DNA from: an archaeon
GTDB taxonomy: Archaea; B1Sed10-29; WALL01; JAGHAM01
Length of the DNA stretch: 64,000 nucleotides
NCBI GenBank assembly: GCA_021107635.1
Contig: JAIOSL010000043.1
Span: 9,873 to 73,872, forward strand
Direction: 5' to 3'
This document shows, piece by piece, positions 9,121 through 18,512 of this stretch. The notes beneath the pieces are model-generated. The model saw only the letters and a list, made by a program, of their open reading frames with translations, had not been told where the DNA came from and did not search any database. Position 1 is the stretch's first letter. Each line of letters begins with the position of its first letter. A program made the translations under genes and the position numbers.

Positions 9121-11544
9121 TTAATGACGTTTAAACGCAAAGAACGCTATTCCTGGCAATACAACAATCACCAACAAAAGCACTGTCAAAGGATACTCAT
9201 CACCAGTGAATTCAGTATCAATATGAATAACTAAACTTGTCTTGTCAACCGTGTATATTATTGACTGGTCAGCAAGATCATGAATAGTAGCATTAACCGT
9301 GTACATTCCAGGAGAAGAAGGAATCCAAGAAAAACCACGATTTCTTAAAGTTGAACCAGGAAGACTCTCCTCAATCCTTGAACCAACAAAAACCAAGTCA
9401 TCGCTTTCATTAAACACTCTTAACGTTATGTTATAGCTAGAACCCTTACCACCCTTATTATAAACTAAAACAAAAGTATCAGAACGTATTCCATCCACTA
9501 TAGGCTGAACCAATTCAATTTCCTCAACCACCAACTGAGCAGGAGGCAAATCCACCTCAAGCACTGTCGAAGCATTATCAGAAATCCGGCTAGTCTTATT
9601 AGTAACCATTAAATCCACAGTATAAATCCCAGGAGCACCACACGGAAAATTAGGAGTTATCTCAGCACTATGCCAAACACCAAAAGCAGCAGGACCCTTA
9701 ACAGTCCAATAAAAATCAAAAATCGTATCAAGAGAAGTTTCATCACAAGAATGTAAAGGAGAACACCCACACGGAGTGAAATTCTGACAAGAATTAGAAG
9801 CATTAAAAGTCACAACTTGACCCGCATTACAGTAATAAGGTCCAGAAACATTAGCTAAAGGAGCACTAGCATAAAAAGAAATATCCCAATAATCAATTTG
9901 AGGCATTTCCCCATAAACATCCGTGAACATCTCACCATACAAAACAACAGAAGGAATATCCACAACAGGAATACTGGTTACATCAATACATCTCGCCTCA
10001 GAAGCATCAGAAAAAATATTAGAACACTCAGAACAACCAGAAATAATAAAACCAGAACCATTCAACACATAAAAAGTAGAATTAGTGCTTGCTGTATGCG
10101 CATTATCAAAACAAAAACTACCCCAACCCTTCAAAGGCTCTCCAGGACTTATAAGAACAGGATCTCGCTCAAGTGAATTTATGTGACCACTCATGTAAGC
10201 CCCAAACGCATTTATGTCAGTTATAGAAATATTCCCGCCAGAACTAGAACCAATAGAAATGTTTATTTCACAAAATTTCTCTTCAGTAATCGGATCTGTC
10301 ACGTTAGTACAAGCAGCACAACTACAAACAGGACTCGTCTGCAAATGATACATAAGCCAATCAGCAATATCCACAACATTTCCAAACCCAAGTTCTCCTG
10401 CCTTAGTCCATTCTTGAGTGCCATTCCCACCAACATCAATATACACATCCTCAGGAGTACTAAACGCAATATTTCTTGCAATCATTTCATAGATTTGACT
10501 GAGCTCAGCCGCACCCGGTGCAAAATAATAATATCCCCTAGCATCAGTTCCAGAAGCATTAACAGCAGCAGCCATCGCAGTCAAAGTAGCAGTGTTAGCT
10601 CCACTCCCAAAACCAATAGCATACAAAGAAATGTTAGCAGCTCCTGCTTCCCCTGACTTAGTAACAGCCTCAATTAAAGCATCAGCAGGATCTTGAGGAG
10701 CATCACAATAATCATCAATTCCCCCACATAATCCTGTGGACCAACAACTTCCTAAAACATCTCTTGCATCACCATCAGTCATCAACAAGATAACCTTATT
10801 GTCAGATAGTGTGTAGCTCTCCAAAAGATTCATTGAAACTTCAAGACCCGCACTTATCGGAGTGTCTCCATAAGCATCATAAGTGTTTATACTAGAATTC
10901 AAAGAATTATTGTCATCGCTCATACAATGATCCACTTCAGCGTGAGCAAGATAAGTTGGCCAACCAGTCCAATAACCATAAGATACCAAACCCAACCGAG
11001 TATCTAAATGCTCACTCCCATTCAAAATAGTGAAAGTAAAATTTCGAGCTGCATTCTTCGCATCACACATTTTACAACCACAAGGACAGCCAGCACCAAC
11101 GCAAGTAGCAGGATTACAATTACCACAGGGGTTCGGAATAGGACCTCCGGCATAACAATCAAAATACATGCTTCCAGAAACATCTGTAGCAACTACAGAA
11201 CCAACCGGCCTAGGCTCATTTATAACAAGCACCAAACCAGTCATATTTAGAGTAAAAGTAGTAAGATTAATGTCCAAAGGAAGCACAATTAACATGGTAG
11301 AATTTTCTCCAGAAGCCTGAATAGACAAATTCATCTCAGAAGAACCATCAGACAAATTAATCTCATAAGCATCAGCCAAACCCATATACCCATCAGGACA
11401 AAAATGGTAATAGCCAGTTGAATTCTGAATATCAACATAATTAGTCTGAACACCAAGTTCACAAAACTCATCTCTCCAAACACCAGAAAAACACACCGGC
11501 AAAAGCACCAACAAAACCAACACACCAGAAATAAGCTTAGTCAT
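9121..11544 (-). CDS. Secreted vWA-domain surface glycoprotein, copy 2
   Basis: Collinear paralog of 5740..8202 with the same MIDAS motifs and a DEYP-TM-KRH tail. Confidence 0.8.
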   Translation of the reverse strand: MTKLISGVLVLLVLLPVCFSGVWRDEFCELGVQTNYVDIQNSTGYYHFCPDGYMGLADAYEINLSDGSSEMNLSIQASGENSTMLIVLPLDINLTTFTLNMTGLVLVINEPRPVGSVVATDVSGSMYFDCYAGGPIPNPCGNCNPATCVGAGCPCGCKMCDAKNAARNFTFTILNGSEHLDTRLGLVSYGYWTGWPTYLAHAEVDHCMSDDNNSLNSSINTYDAYGDTPISAGLEVSMNLLESYTLSDNKVILLMTDGDARDVLGSCWSTGLCGGIDDYCDAPQDPADALIEAVTKSGEAGAANISLYAIGFGSGANTATLTAMAAAVNASGTDARGYYYFAPGAAELSQIYEMIARNIAFSTPEDVYIDVGGNGTQEWTKAGELGFGNVVDIADWLMYHLQTSPVCSCAACTNVTDPITEEKFCEINISIGSSSGGNISITDINAFGAYMSGHINSLERDPVLISPGEPLKGWGSFCFDNAHTASTNSTFYVLNGSGFIISGCSECSNIFSDASEARCIDVTSIPVVDIPSVVLYGEMFTDVYGEMPQIDYWDISFYASAPLANVSGPYYCNAGQVVTFNASNSCQNFTPCGCSPLHSCDETSLDTIFDFYWTVKGPAAFGVWHSAEITPNFPCGAPGIYTVDLMVTNKTSRISDNASTVLEVDLPPAQLVVEEIELVQPIVDGIRSDTFVLVYNKGGKGSSYNITLRVFNESDDLVFVGSRIEESLPGSTLRNRGFSWIPSSPGMYTVNATIHDLADQSIIYTVDKTSLVIHIDTEFTGDEYPLTVLLLVIVVLPGIAFFAFKRH

Positions 11545-12364
11545 TAGAATCACCTACAAAAGAAAAACACATTGCTCCATCAATAGTGCCATTAAATGCT
11601 AAAACAGTGTCTCCCAAAGTAATATTTTCATTAAGATTCAAAATCTTAGTTTCTTCAGCACCAAAGTAACTAATTGAAACCTCCACAGTTTCTTCAGAAC
11701 TATTCTCTAAAAAAGACGAACTGAACAAAAAATCACCAATTTTAATTTTCTGACTGTTTAAAACTGAAAAGTCTTCTTCAGCATTTAATTCACGATAATC
11801 CAAATTCAACCAAACACCATGATGTACATTCTTCAACACAGAAAGCTTGTAAGAGTTAAGATCTGCTCCATCCCAATACCACACATCAATAACAGTTCCT
11901 TCCTCAGGTCTTAAAACTTCTTCTTTTCCACTCGGAAAACTCACATCAACACGCGTTTTAGTATAATCAGATAACAAAAACTCAATGTCATCAACAGAAA
12001 CCTTCTGATTAAAGCACACGGAAAAATTCTCTCCAAGACTAGCCGTTTTAGAACCATAATTGGATGTTGTGCAAGCACATTCCACCGGCAAATCCTGAGG
12101 ACAACTCAAACAATCCTCCCTCGGATCAGCAATACCATTCCCACAAATCCACATTCCAGCATAAGGATCAACGCTAGGGTTATCAACCTTTGGGACAGGA
12201 ATATCCTTGACATCAGGAAGAGGAGCATTGTTAACATCTACTTTTGGAACAACCCTAGGACGAAGCAAAGCATAAAAAATAAGCAAAATAAACGATAATA
12301 AAACTAACCCGATTACAACCTTAATCAAAAGAGGAGAAGAATCCTTTTTTAAACGTTTAACCAT
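11537..12364 (-). CDS. Membrane-anchored protein with CGNG Cys motif, copy 2
   Basis: Paralog of 8195..9049 (DPYAGMWICGNGIADPREDCLSCPQD). Start MVKRL at 12364. Confidence 0.7.
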   Translation of the reverse strand: MVKRLKKDSSPLLIKVVIGLVLLSFILLIFYALLRPRVVPKVDVNNAPLPDVKDIPVPKVDNPSVDPYAGMWICGNGIADPREDCLSCPQDLPVECACTTSNYGSKTASLGENFSVCFNQKVSVDDIEFLLSDYTKTRVDVSFPSGKEEVLRPEEGTVIDVWYWDGADLNSYKLSVLKNVHHGVWLNLDYRELNAEEDFSVLNSQKIKIGDFLFSSSFLENSSEETVEVSISYFGAEETKILNLNENITLGDTVLAFNGTIDGAMCFSFVGDSND

Positions 12365-12590
12365 TAAAATTACACCAGTAAAATAAAAAGAAGTAGAAGT
12401 ATATAATAATAAGGAAAAAAAGTGCAAGAAGAAAAGTAAAACTTTACGTAAGATTACGAAATTCTTTTATAATACCTCTTCCATAAGTTAGTTTGGAGAG
12501 TGCTTTCCGTTTTTTAAAAAAACCTACCAAGAGTTCCCTAACCAAGCGCGCGAGCCCTCTCCAACCTTTCTCGCATCGGGGGGTGCAAGA

Positions 12591-12749
12591 ATGCGAAGAG
12601 ACGTTGAAAAAGTTATTAATAGTTATAAAAATGGAGAAATAGGACTCTTTGAGGCATCTAAAATTGTTGATATGCATCCTAAAGAGTTTCTTGATGTTCT
12701 AGTACAAAGAAATAAATTAAAAGCTGCAGCTATTTGCAGCTCTGCATAA
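12591..12749 (+). CDS. UPF0175-like small HTH protein (52 aa)
   Basis: MRRDVEKVINSYKNGEIGLFEASKIVDMHPKEFLDVLVQRN, matching the Y..G.I....A.......EF...L pattern. GGGGTG SD upstream. Not in the ORF track. Confidence 0.65.
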   Translation: MRRDVEKVINSYKNGEIGLFEASKIVDMHPKEFLDVLVQRNKLKAAAICSSA

Positions 12750-12766
12750 AAAAAATCAGAAAAAGA

Positions 12767-13030
12767 TTATTTTATTAGATTTTCATCTACAACAATAACA
12801 TCACTAACAGCGAAAATTGCTTTGAAAGGAATAGCAATAAATTCTTCTTCATTTCTTGGCAGTTTCTGTGCGAACTTACTGTCTTCTGAAGGTTCAACGA
12901 GGAATGTGTCCAACTCACCAGACCTTTCTTCTATTTTAATGTCGCTCAGCCTTCCAACTTCTTCTCCTTTGTTAGTTATGACCCTCTTTCCGCCGAGCTG
13001 TTTAGCTATTGCAAATTTTCTTGTGGTCAT
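12767..13030 (-). CDS. PRC-barrel domain protein
   Basis: AKQLGGKRVITNKGEEVGRLSDI...IPFKAIFAVSDVIVV. Confidence 0.85.
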   Translation of the reverse strand: MTTRKFAIAKQLGGKRVITNKGEEVGRLSDIKIEERSGELDTFLVEPSEDSKFAQKLPRNEEEFIAIPFKAIFAVSDVIVVDENLIK

Positions 13031-13131
13031 TTAAATCACTGTGGATACTTACTCTTTGAGCCTATAAAAGCTTTTCGTTAACTCAAAGGCGCATAGAAAG
13101 CAATAATAGGAGGAAAAACTTGAATCTAAGC

Positions 13132-14058
13132 ATGATTTCGAAAGAGTTGAAAGAAGAACTCATGCGACAACAATATCGCTTAGCAGGCAACCACTCAGCA
13201 GTAAAAGTTTGCCATTGGACTAAAGAAAGCCTTGTGAACGATAGACAATGCTATAAACAACAATTTTATGGCATTAACAGCCATCGCTGCCTGCAGATGA
13301 CGCCAGCGGTAGCATGGTGTCAACAACGCTGCCTCTTCTGTTGGAGAACATACAAAGACACAACTCCAGACCAAAAATGGGATGCTCCTGATGAAATAAT
13401 TGAAAAGAGTATTGAAGCACAACGAGAATTACTACAAGGGTATTATGGTTTTGACAAAGTCAACAAAGCCAAACTCGATGAAGCCATGAATCCAAACCAA
13501 GTAGCAATCAGCCTAGCAGGAGAACCCACACTTTATCCACACTTAAGTCAGTTAATCGATGCTTTCAACGAACGCAAATTCACTACGTTCCTCGTCACAA
13601 ACGGCCTTGCCCCGAAAGTTCTCTCAGAACTATCCCTACCAACACAACTATACATTTCGCTCAGCGCGCCAACTGAAAGCGTGCACAAGAAACTGAACGT
13701 TCCTATGATTCCGGGCACATGGAAAGCACTGAACGACAGCCTCGAGCTGATGCCATCACTGGACACGAGAAAAGTCATTAGAATTACATTGGTTAAAGGC
13801 TGGAATGATATTAATCCAGAGCTTTATGCGAAATTGATTAGCAAAGCACAACCTGATTTTGTGGAAGTGAAAAGTTACATGTTCGTTGGTGACAGCAGAA
13901 AACGAATGACCATAGAAAACATGCCATACCATGAAGACACAAAAGCATTTGCAGAACAAATAGAGCAACGCCTGGAAGGGTATAAGATAGTTGATGAAAA
14001 GAAAGCGTCTAGAGTAGTCTTATTAAGTAATGGAAAAAAAGGAATGATAAAATCGTGA
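13132..14058 (+). CDS. taw1: 4-demethylwyosine synthase (radical SAM)
   Basis: HSAVKVCHW, CYKQQFYGINSHRCLQMTP, CQQRCLFCWR, AISLAGEPTLYP. Confidence 0.95.
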   Translation: MISKELKEELMRQQYRLAGNHSAVKVCHWTKESLVNDRQCYKQQFYGINSHRCLQMTPAVAWCQQRCLFCWRTYKDTTPDQKWDAPDEIIEKSIEAQRELLQGYYGFDKVNKAKLDEAMNPNQVAISLAGEPTLYPHLSQLIDAFNERKFTTFLVTNGLAPKVLSELSLPTQLYISLSAPTESVHKKLNVPMIPGTWKALNDSLELMPSLDTRKVIRITLVKGWNDINPELYAKLISKAQPDFVEVKSYMFVGDSRKRMTIENMPYHEDTKAFAEQIEQRLEGYKIVDEKKASRVVLLSNGKKGMIKS

Positions 14059-14624
14059 ACAAATCAAGAGAACTAGTTAAAAAAAATGTGATATTGAAGA
14101 AAAAGGTTTTGCCAGAAGGTTATATGAAAACTAGTTTTCATAAAATTAAATATGATGTGTATAGTAAAAAACCAAGAGAATCATTTTTTAAAAATGTTTC
14201 TAAAGAATTAGAAAAACAGATTAGGAAAACTACATCTGAAAAAAGACTTGGAAGTGTAGAGGTTGTTTGTTGGCCAGCAGGACAGCGACCAGAACATTTT
14301 CCTGAATTATTCAAAAAAGTTAAAAAACAAAACTTGAATGATCACTCCCTTGTTGCAGACATTAAAACATTTTGGCCTTTAGCAAAAACCCCAATGATAG
14401 AACATGAAGGACTAATTCTAAAGAATAAAGGAAGAGGAGTAGGTGGAAAAGTTCTTGATGAAATATTAGAAGACCTAGAAAAAAATCATGAGGTCAAAGC
14501 TATTTTTGCTACTACTGAACAAAAAGACATGCAAATGCTTCTCACATCAAGAAACTTTCAACCACCAAAAAAATCAAGAATGAAAAAATCCATGCTTGAC
14601 TATGTATATATAAAAAAGCTCTAA
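14055..14624 (+). CDS. GNAT-like hypothetical protein
   Basis: KGRGVGGKVLDEI resembles GNAT motif A. Confidence 0.45.
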   Translation: MNKSRELVKKNVILKKKVLPEGYMKTSFHKIKYDVYSKKPRESFFKNVSKELEKQIRKTTSEKRLGSVEVVCWPAGQRPEHFPELFKKVKKQNLNDHSLVADIKTFWPLAKTPMIEHEGLILKNKGRGVGGKVLDEILEDLEKNHEVKAIFATTEQKDMQMLLTSRNFQPPKKSRMKKSMLDYVYIKKL

Positions 14625-14782
14625 GAGCCTTTTCCTTTAGCAGTTTTTTTGCTCTTTTTTCCTTCAGGTTTAGAAGGTTCTATCTTAATGCGCAAAATAT
14701 CTTGCATTACTTGAGGTATGGGCTTATCATACTGGTATGACAATTCGAGAATTTTGAATCTTATTTCCATTAACTCGTTCAT
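14621..14782 (-). CDS. Small hypothetical protein (53 aa)
   Basis: MNELMEIRFKILELSYQYDKPIPQVMQDILRIKIEPSKPEGKKSKKTAKGKGS. ATGA overlap with the thyX stop. Confidence 0.5.
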   Translation of the reverse strand: MNELMEIRFKILELSYQYDKPIPQVMQDILRIKIEPSKPEGKKSKKTAKGKGS

Positions 14783-15477
14783 TTTGAATCACCTTGAATA
14801 GAAAACAATGCTTCACTAGTTCTAGGCTTACCACAACTAAACTTACCTTCAGGACAACCACCATTCACACAACCAGGACCAGCATTCTCAAAAATTGTTG
14901 GAGCAACTTTTTTGACTTCCGCAAGCATCAAATCAGCAAGCTGTCTAATTTCCCATTGAGCCCGATTACAACAACGAAGCTTGAAAAAATTCAATAACGC
15001 ACGAGCATTCATTGTAACCACAATACTCGTATGCATTGCGTTCGGCAGGAGGTATCGCGCGTCTTCAGTAGGAACGCCATTTTCACGTAGCTTGGAATAA
15101 GTTTCAAAACATTGGTTGATGAGCTGTTGATATTCTTTTAAGTGTTCTGGATTAGCTTTTATTGAATCAGGTACCGTATACGCTTCTTCAGAAAGCTTTA
15201 CATAGCGCTGACTTTGTTGAGTGTAAGTAGCAATACGATGCCTTACTAGTTCATGAGTCAATGTTCTTGACACCCCACTGACATTAAAAGTAAACACAGC
15301 ATGCTCTATTACAGATAAGTGTCCTCTAGAAATAACATTACGCAGTAGCCCTTTCGCTTTCTTTTCATCTAGTTCATCAAAAAAATTGTCTCCTAACCGT
15401 TCTTTTGTACTGGCATAAGCAGCTGCTGCACAAGTTATTTCAGGATTAGGGGTGTGATTAACAAGAGTTACATGCAT
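14779..15477 (-). CDS. thyX: FAD-dependent thymidylate synthase
   Basis: GHLSVIEH, RHRIATYTQQSQRY (RHRx7S), EDARYLLP, AQWEIR. Confidence 0.96.
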   Translation of the reverse strand: MHVTLVNHTPNPEITCAAAAYASTKERLGDNFFDELDEKKAKGLLRNVISRGHLSVIEHAVFTFNVSGVSRTLTHELVRHRIATYTQQSQRYVKLSEEAYTVPDSIKANPEHLKEYQQLINQCFETYSKLRENGVPTEDARYLLPNAMHTSIVVTMNARALLNFFKLRCCNRAQWEIRQLADLMLAEVKKVAPTIFENAGPGCVNGGCPEGKFSCGKPRTSEALFSIQGDSK

Positions 15478-15534
15478 GATAGGTCCTCGCAAGCTAATTT
15501 ATATGTTCAAGACATAAAAAGACTAGTGGTGTTC

Positions 15535-15702
15535 ATGGTCTGGCCTTTTAAAAACGAAGAAAAGCCGATTGAAGAAGAATCTGGTAAAGGTCCTGAATGT
15601 GCTGCTTGCGGTCAACCCGGAGCAGATAAAAAATATGGTGGTCAATACTGGCACAAAAAATGCTTGAGAAAAGCCAAAAAACAAGCAAAGAGTATGTTTT
15701 AA
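15535..15702 (+). CDS. Small zinc-finger-like protein
   Basis: CAACG...WHKKCLRK. GGTG SD before ATG 15535. Confidence 0.6.
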   Translation: MVWPFKNEEKPIEEESGKGPECAACGQPGADKKYGGQYWHKKCLRKAKKQAKSMF

Positions 15703-16830
15703 ATGGATGACGAAATTGGAGTGAAAAGCTTTGGAGTGCTTGCAGTACTCGCACTCCTTTTTGCAGTAGTAAATGTGTTAGTAGTACTTTATCTTCAAGA
15801 ACATGCAGGTGTAAGACTTCCGAACTGCGGTGATTGTCAGTATTTAGCAGGCGGAAAATGTTTTGATTATGAATGTTGTGAAGACGAACATTGTTTGACC
15901 ATCCAAACTTGCAGAGGTCATATTTGTTACGATTTGGACTGCCCTTTGAATAAAACAGAGAATCATGCTTGTGTATACCAAATGAAAGATCTTTTAATTA
16001 GAATAAACCAGACTAACGTGTCTAACATAAGTGAAAAAATTAAAGAAATAGAATGCTTGGATCCTTCAGATTGTTTGGACAACCAAACTTGCGAAAATAA
16101 TAAATGTGTAAAAGTTGAGTGTGAACCTGGAATAGTAATATACAATCATACCTGCACAGGAAAAGCATGCATAAATAACATAGATTGTGAACAGGAAGAT
16201 GTATGCATTAGAAACATTTGCACTCCACTAGAATGTGGCACATGTCAATATCCTGCCAATCACACCTGCATAAACTATGAATGCTGTGATTACACAGACT
16301 GTGGTTTTGAAGAAACTTGTGAAGAACATTCCTGTAAAAAACTAAATTGTACTGGAAAAACAATATTTTTCGCAGGAAAATGCGTAACTCCAGAATGTTC
16401 AGAAGATAGTGAGTGTGAAGATGGAATAAACACCAATAAGGACACTTGCTTGGATCCAGGAAAACCATATGCTAGATGCACTCATGAATGGAAAATAGCT
16501 AATTTCACGGGGGATGCAACCCTAACACTAAATTTGAACCAGACAGCATATAACAAAGGGAAAAATTCCAGAATAACATTTTTAGACTATAAAGAAGATG
16601 ACAACTATTTTTGGACAGATCGAGCAAAAATCGACTTTTCGCTTTGGGGACAACACAGAGAAGAATGGATCATAAAACCCCCAGGATACGTTAACACAAC
16701 ATATGCAGCAATACACTACTGGCAGAATATTACAATCAATGGACAAAGAATCACAATAATAATGGACAGCGTAGAAAAAAGTACGCTAAAAGCAAAACTT
16801 CATGTTAAATATTATAACGTGACAGGGTGA
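15703..16830 (+). CDS. Membrane-anchored Cys-rich repeat surface protein
   Basis: N-terminal TM followed by repeated EC..D.DC...C....C modules. Confidence 0.7.
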   Translation: MDDEIGVKSFGVLAVLALLFAVVNVLVVLYLQEHAGVRLPNCGDCQYLAGGKCFDYECCEDEHCLTIQTCRGHICYDLDCPLNKTENHACVYQMKDLLIRINQTNVSNISEKIKEIECLDPSDCLDNQTCENNKCVKVECEPGIVIYNHTCTGKACINNIDCEQEDVCIRNICTPLECGTCQYPANHTCINYECCDYTDCGFEETCEEHSCKKLNCTGKTIFFAGKCVTPECSEDSECEDGINTNKDTCLDPGKPYARCTHEWKIANFTGDATLTLNLNQTAYNKGKNSRITFLDYKEDDNYFWTDRAKIDFSLWGQHREEWIIKPPGYVNTTYAAIHYWQNITINGQRITIIMDSVEKSTLKAKLHVKYYNVTG

Positions 16831-16866
16831 ACATTTAATACCTAGAAAAAACAAAAATAGGATTCA

Positions 16867-17319
16867 ATGGCTGATTCTAAAAGAATGGACTTAGACCACT
16901 ACTTCATGAGCATAGCAGAACTAGTAGCAAAACGATCCACCTGCCTCAGACAAAATGTTGGAGCAGTACTAGTCAAAGATAAACACCTGTTATCCACCGG
17001 TTACAACGGTGCTCCCTCAGGTCTCAAACACTGTTTGGATATTGGATGTTTGAGAGAACAACTTAAAATCCCTTCAGGTGAACGCCACGAACTATGTAGA
17101 GCAGTGCATGCTGAACAAAACGCAGTAATACAAGCAGCCTTGCATGGAGTAAACACAAAAGGTTCAACACTTTATTGTACTCACACCCCTTGCAGCCTAT
17201 GCGCGAAAATACTAATAAATGCCAAGATAAAGCGTGTGGTCTACAAAGGAGAATATCCTGATGATTTTGCTAGAGGATATTTTGAAGACGCTGGAATAGA
17301 ATGTATGAAGATTGACTGA
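16867..17319 (+). CDS. dCMP deaminase
   Basis: [27 protein letters not shown]. Confidence 0.92.
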   Translation: MADSKRMDLDHYFMSIAELVAKRSTCLRQNVGAVLVKDKHLLSTGYNGAPSGLKHCLDIGCLREQLKIPSGERHELCRAVHAEQNAVIQAALHGVNTKGSTLYCTHTPCSLCAKILINAKIKRVVYKGEYPDDFARGYFEDAGIECMKID

Positions 17320-17328
17320 GATGTTTGA

Positions 17329-18012
17329 ATGAACATAGGGAAAATAATCGATCAAGACTTTAAGATATGGAAAGGCAAAACCAGTTTTGTGATAAACGTA
17401 CAAGGCTGCAATATGGCTTGTCCTTACTGCAACAATAAAGACTGCGTAAAAAATGCCCTTTCGAAAAAAGATTGGAGACCAGCTTTTGAACAAGTAAAAC
17501 ATTCTGTAAATAGCGTAGTTATCACTGGAGGAGAACCATTAATACAACAACACCTTAGCATATTCTGTAAAAAAATAAAACTAGCTGGTATGAAAGTACG
17601 CTTGGAAACCAACGGCTCCAACCCAGAAGTACTATCTCAACTAATCCAAAGAAAGGTTGTGGATAGTGTTGCATTAGACATTAAAGCTCCATTTAATGAC
17701 TATCCGAGAATAGCCAAGAGTGGAGATTCCATGAAAGTTAAAAAAAGCATGGACCTGCTTCAAAACAGTAAAGTAGAACACGAATTCAGAACCACTTGGA
17801 CTCCAGACCTAACAGAAGAACAACTGCTTGCCATAGCAAGACAATGCAAGGGCATTTGGATACTCCAACAATTCATTCCAGGCAACTGTTTAAACCCATC
17901 ATATGACACAAAACCATTAACACCATACGAACAAATACTAAACCTTGCTAAAAAAGCAGAAGGGCCAACAGAAAAAAGAATACTCAGCGAAAAAGGCGAA
18001 GAAGTGGTCTAA
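17329..18012 (+). CDS. Anaerobic ribonucleotide reductase activase-like radical SAM protein
   Basis: GCNMACPYCNN, ITGGEP, LETNGS, ALDIKAP, EFRTT. No nrdD in the window. Confidence 0.8.
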   Translation: MNIGKIIDQDFKIWKGKTSFVINVQGCNMACPYCNNKDCVKNALSKKDWRPAFEQVKHSVNSVVITGGEPLIQQHLSIFCKKIKLAGMKVRLETNGSNPEVLSQLIQRKVVDSVALDIKAPFNDYPRIAKSGDSMKVKKSMDLLQNSKVEHEFRTTWTPDLTEEQLLAIARQCKGIWILQQFIPGNCLNPSYDTKPLTPYEQILNLAKKAEGPTEKRILSEKGEEVV

Positions 18013-18512
18013 TGCGCTGCTTCATAGGCGTACCACTCAACAAAAAAACAAGACAAGAACTAACCAAAATCCAGCAACACTTCTGTGAATCCAACACTAA
18101 AATGAAACTAGTAGAACCAGAAAACCTACATGTTACACTACATTTTCTAGGAGAAATAAAAAACACTGAACCAATCAAGAAAAAACTCGCTCAAATCAAA
18201 CAAAAAAGTTTCGAACTACAAGTGAACGGATTGGGAGCATTCCCAAACAAAAACCACGCAAGAGTATTATGGGCAAGAATCAACAAAGGTAAAGAAACAC
18301 TTAAAAGCCTTCATGACGAAATAACCCATGGGGAGTATCACCCACACATAACTCTAGCAAGAATCAGAACAAAACCAGACGAAACACTGAAAAAACTGCT
18401 AGAACAACAACTCCAACTTTCCATGCCAGTTAACAAAATAGTACTCTATCAGAGCACTTTAACGCCTGACGGCCCAAAATACTCAAAGGTGCAAGAAATT
18501 GAACTTGATTAA
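18012..18512 (+). CDS. thpR: RNA 2',3'-cyclic phosphodiesterase (2H family)
   Basis: MRCFIG, LHVTL and PHITL 2H motifs, STLTPDGPKY. Confidence 0.92.
   Translation: MRCFIGVPLNKKTRQELTKIQQHFCESNTKMKLVEPENLHVTLHFLGEIKNTEPIKKKLAQIKQKSFELQVNGLGAFPNKNHARVLWARINKGKETLKSLHDEITHGEYHPHITLARIRTKPDETLKKLLEQQLQLSMPVNKIVLYQSTLTPDGPKYSKVQEIELD

Larger units (their letters stand above)
5740..12364 (-). repeat. Tandem duplication of a ~3.3-kb two-gene cassette
   Basis: Unit 1 is 5740-9049 and unit 2 is 9121-12364. Exact 125-bp match between 6863-6987 and 10235-10359. Confidence 0.9.

Noticed and set aside
6863..10359. Possible DGR template/variable repeat pair (also the AAC-rich stretch at 61735-61780)
   Set aside because: The copies are exact or differ at all base types rather than only at adenines. 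No reverse transcriptase or matching variable repeat is in the window.
12575..12592. ggggtgcaag resembling an RNase P RNA segment
   Set aside because: The GAGGAAAGUCC and 3' conserved regions are absent. It is better explained as an SD.
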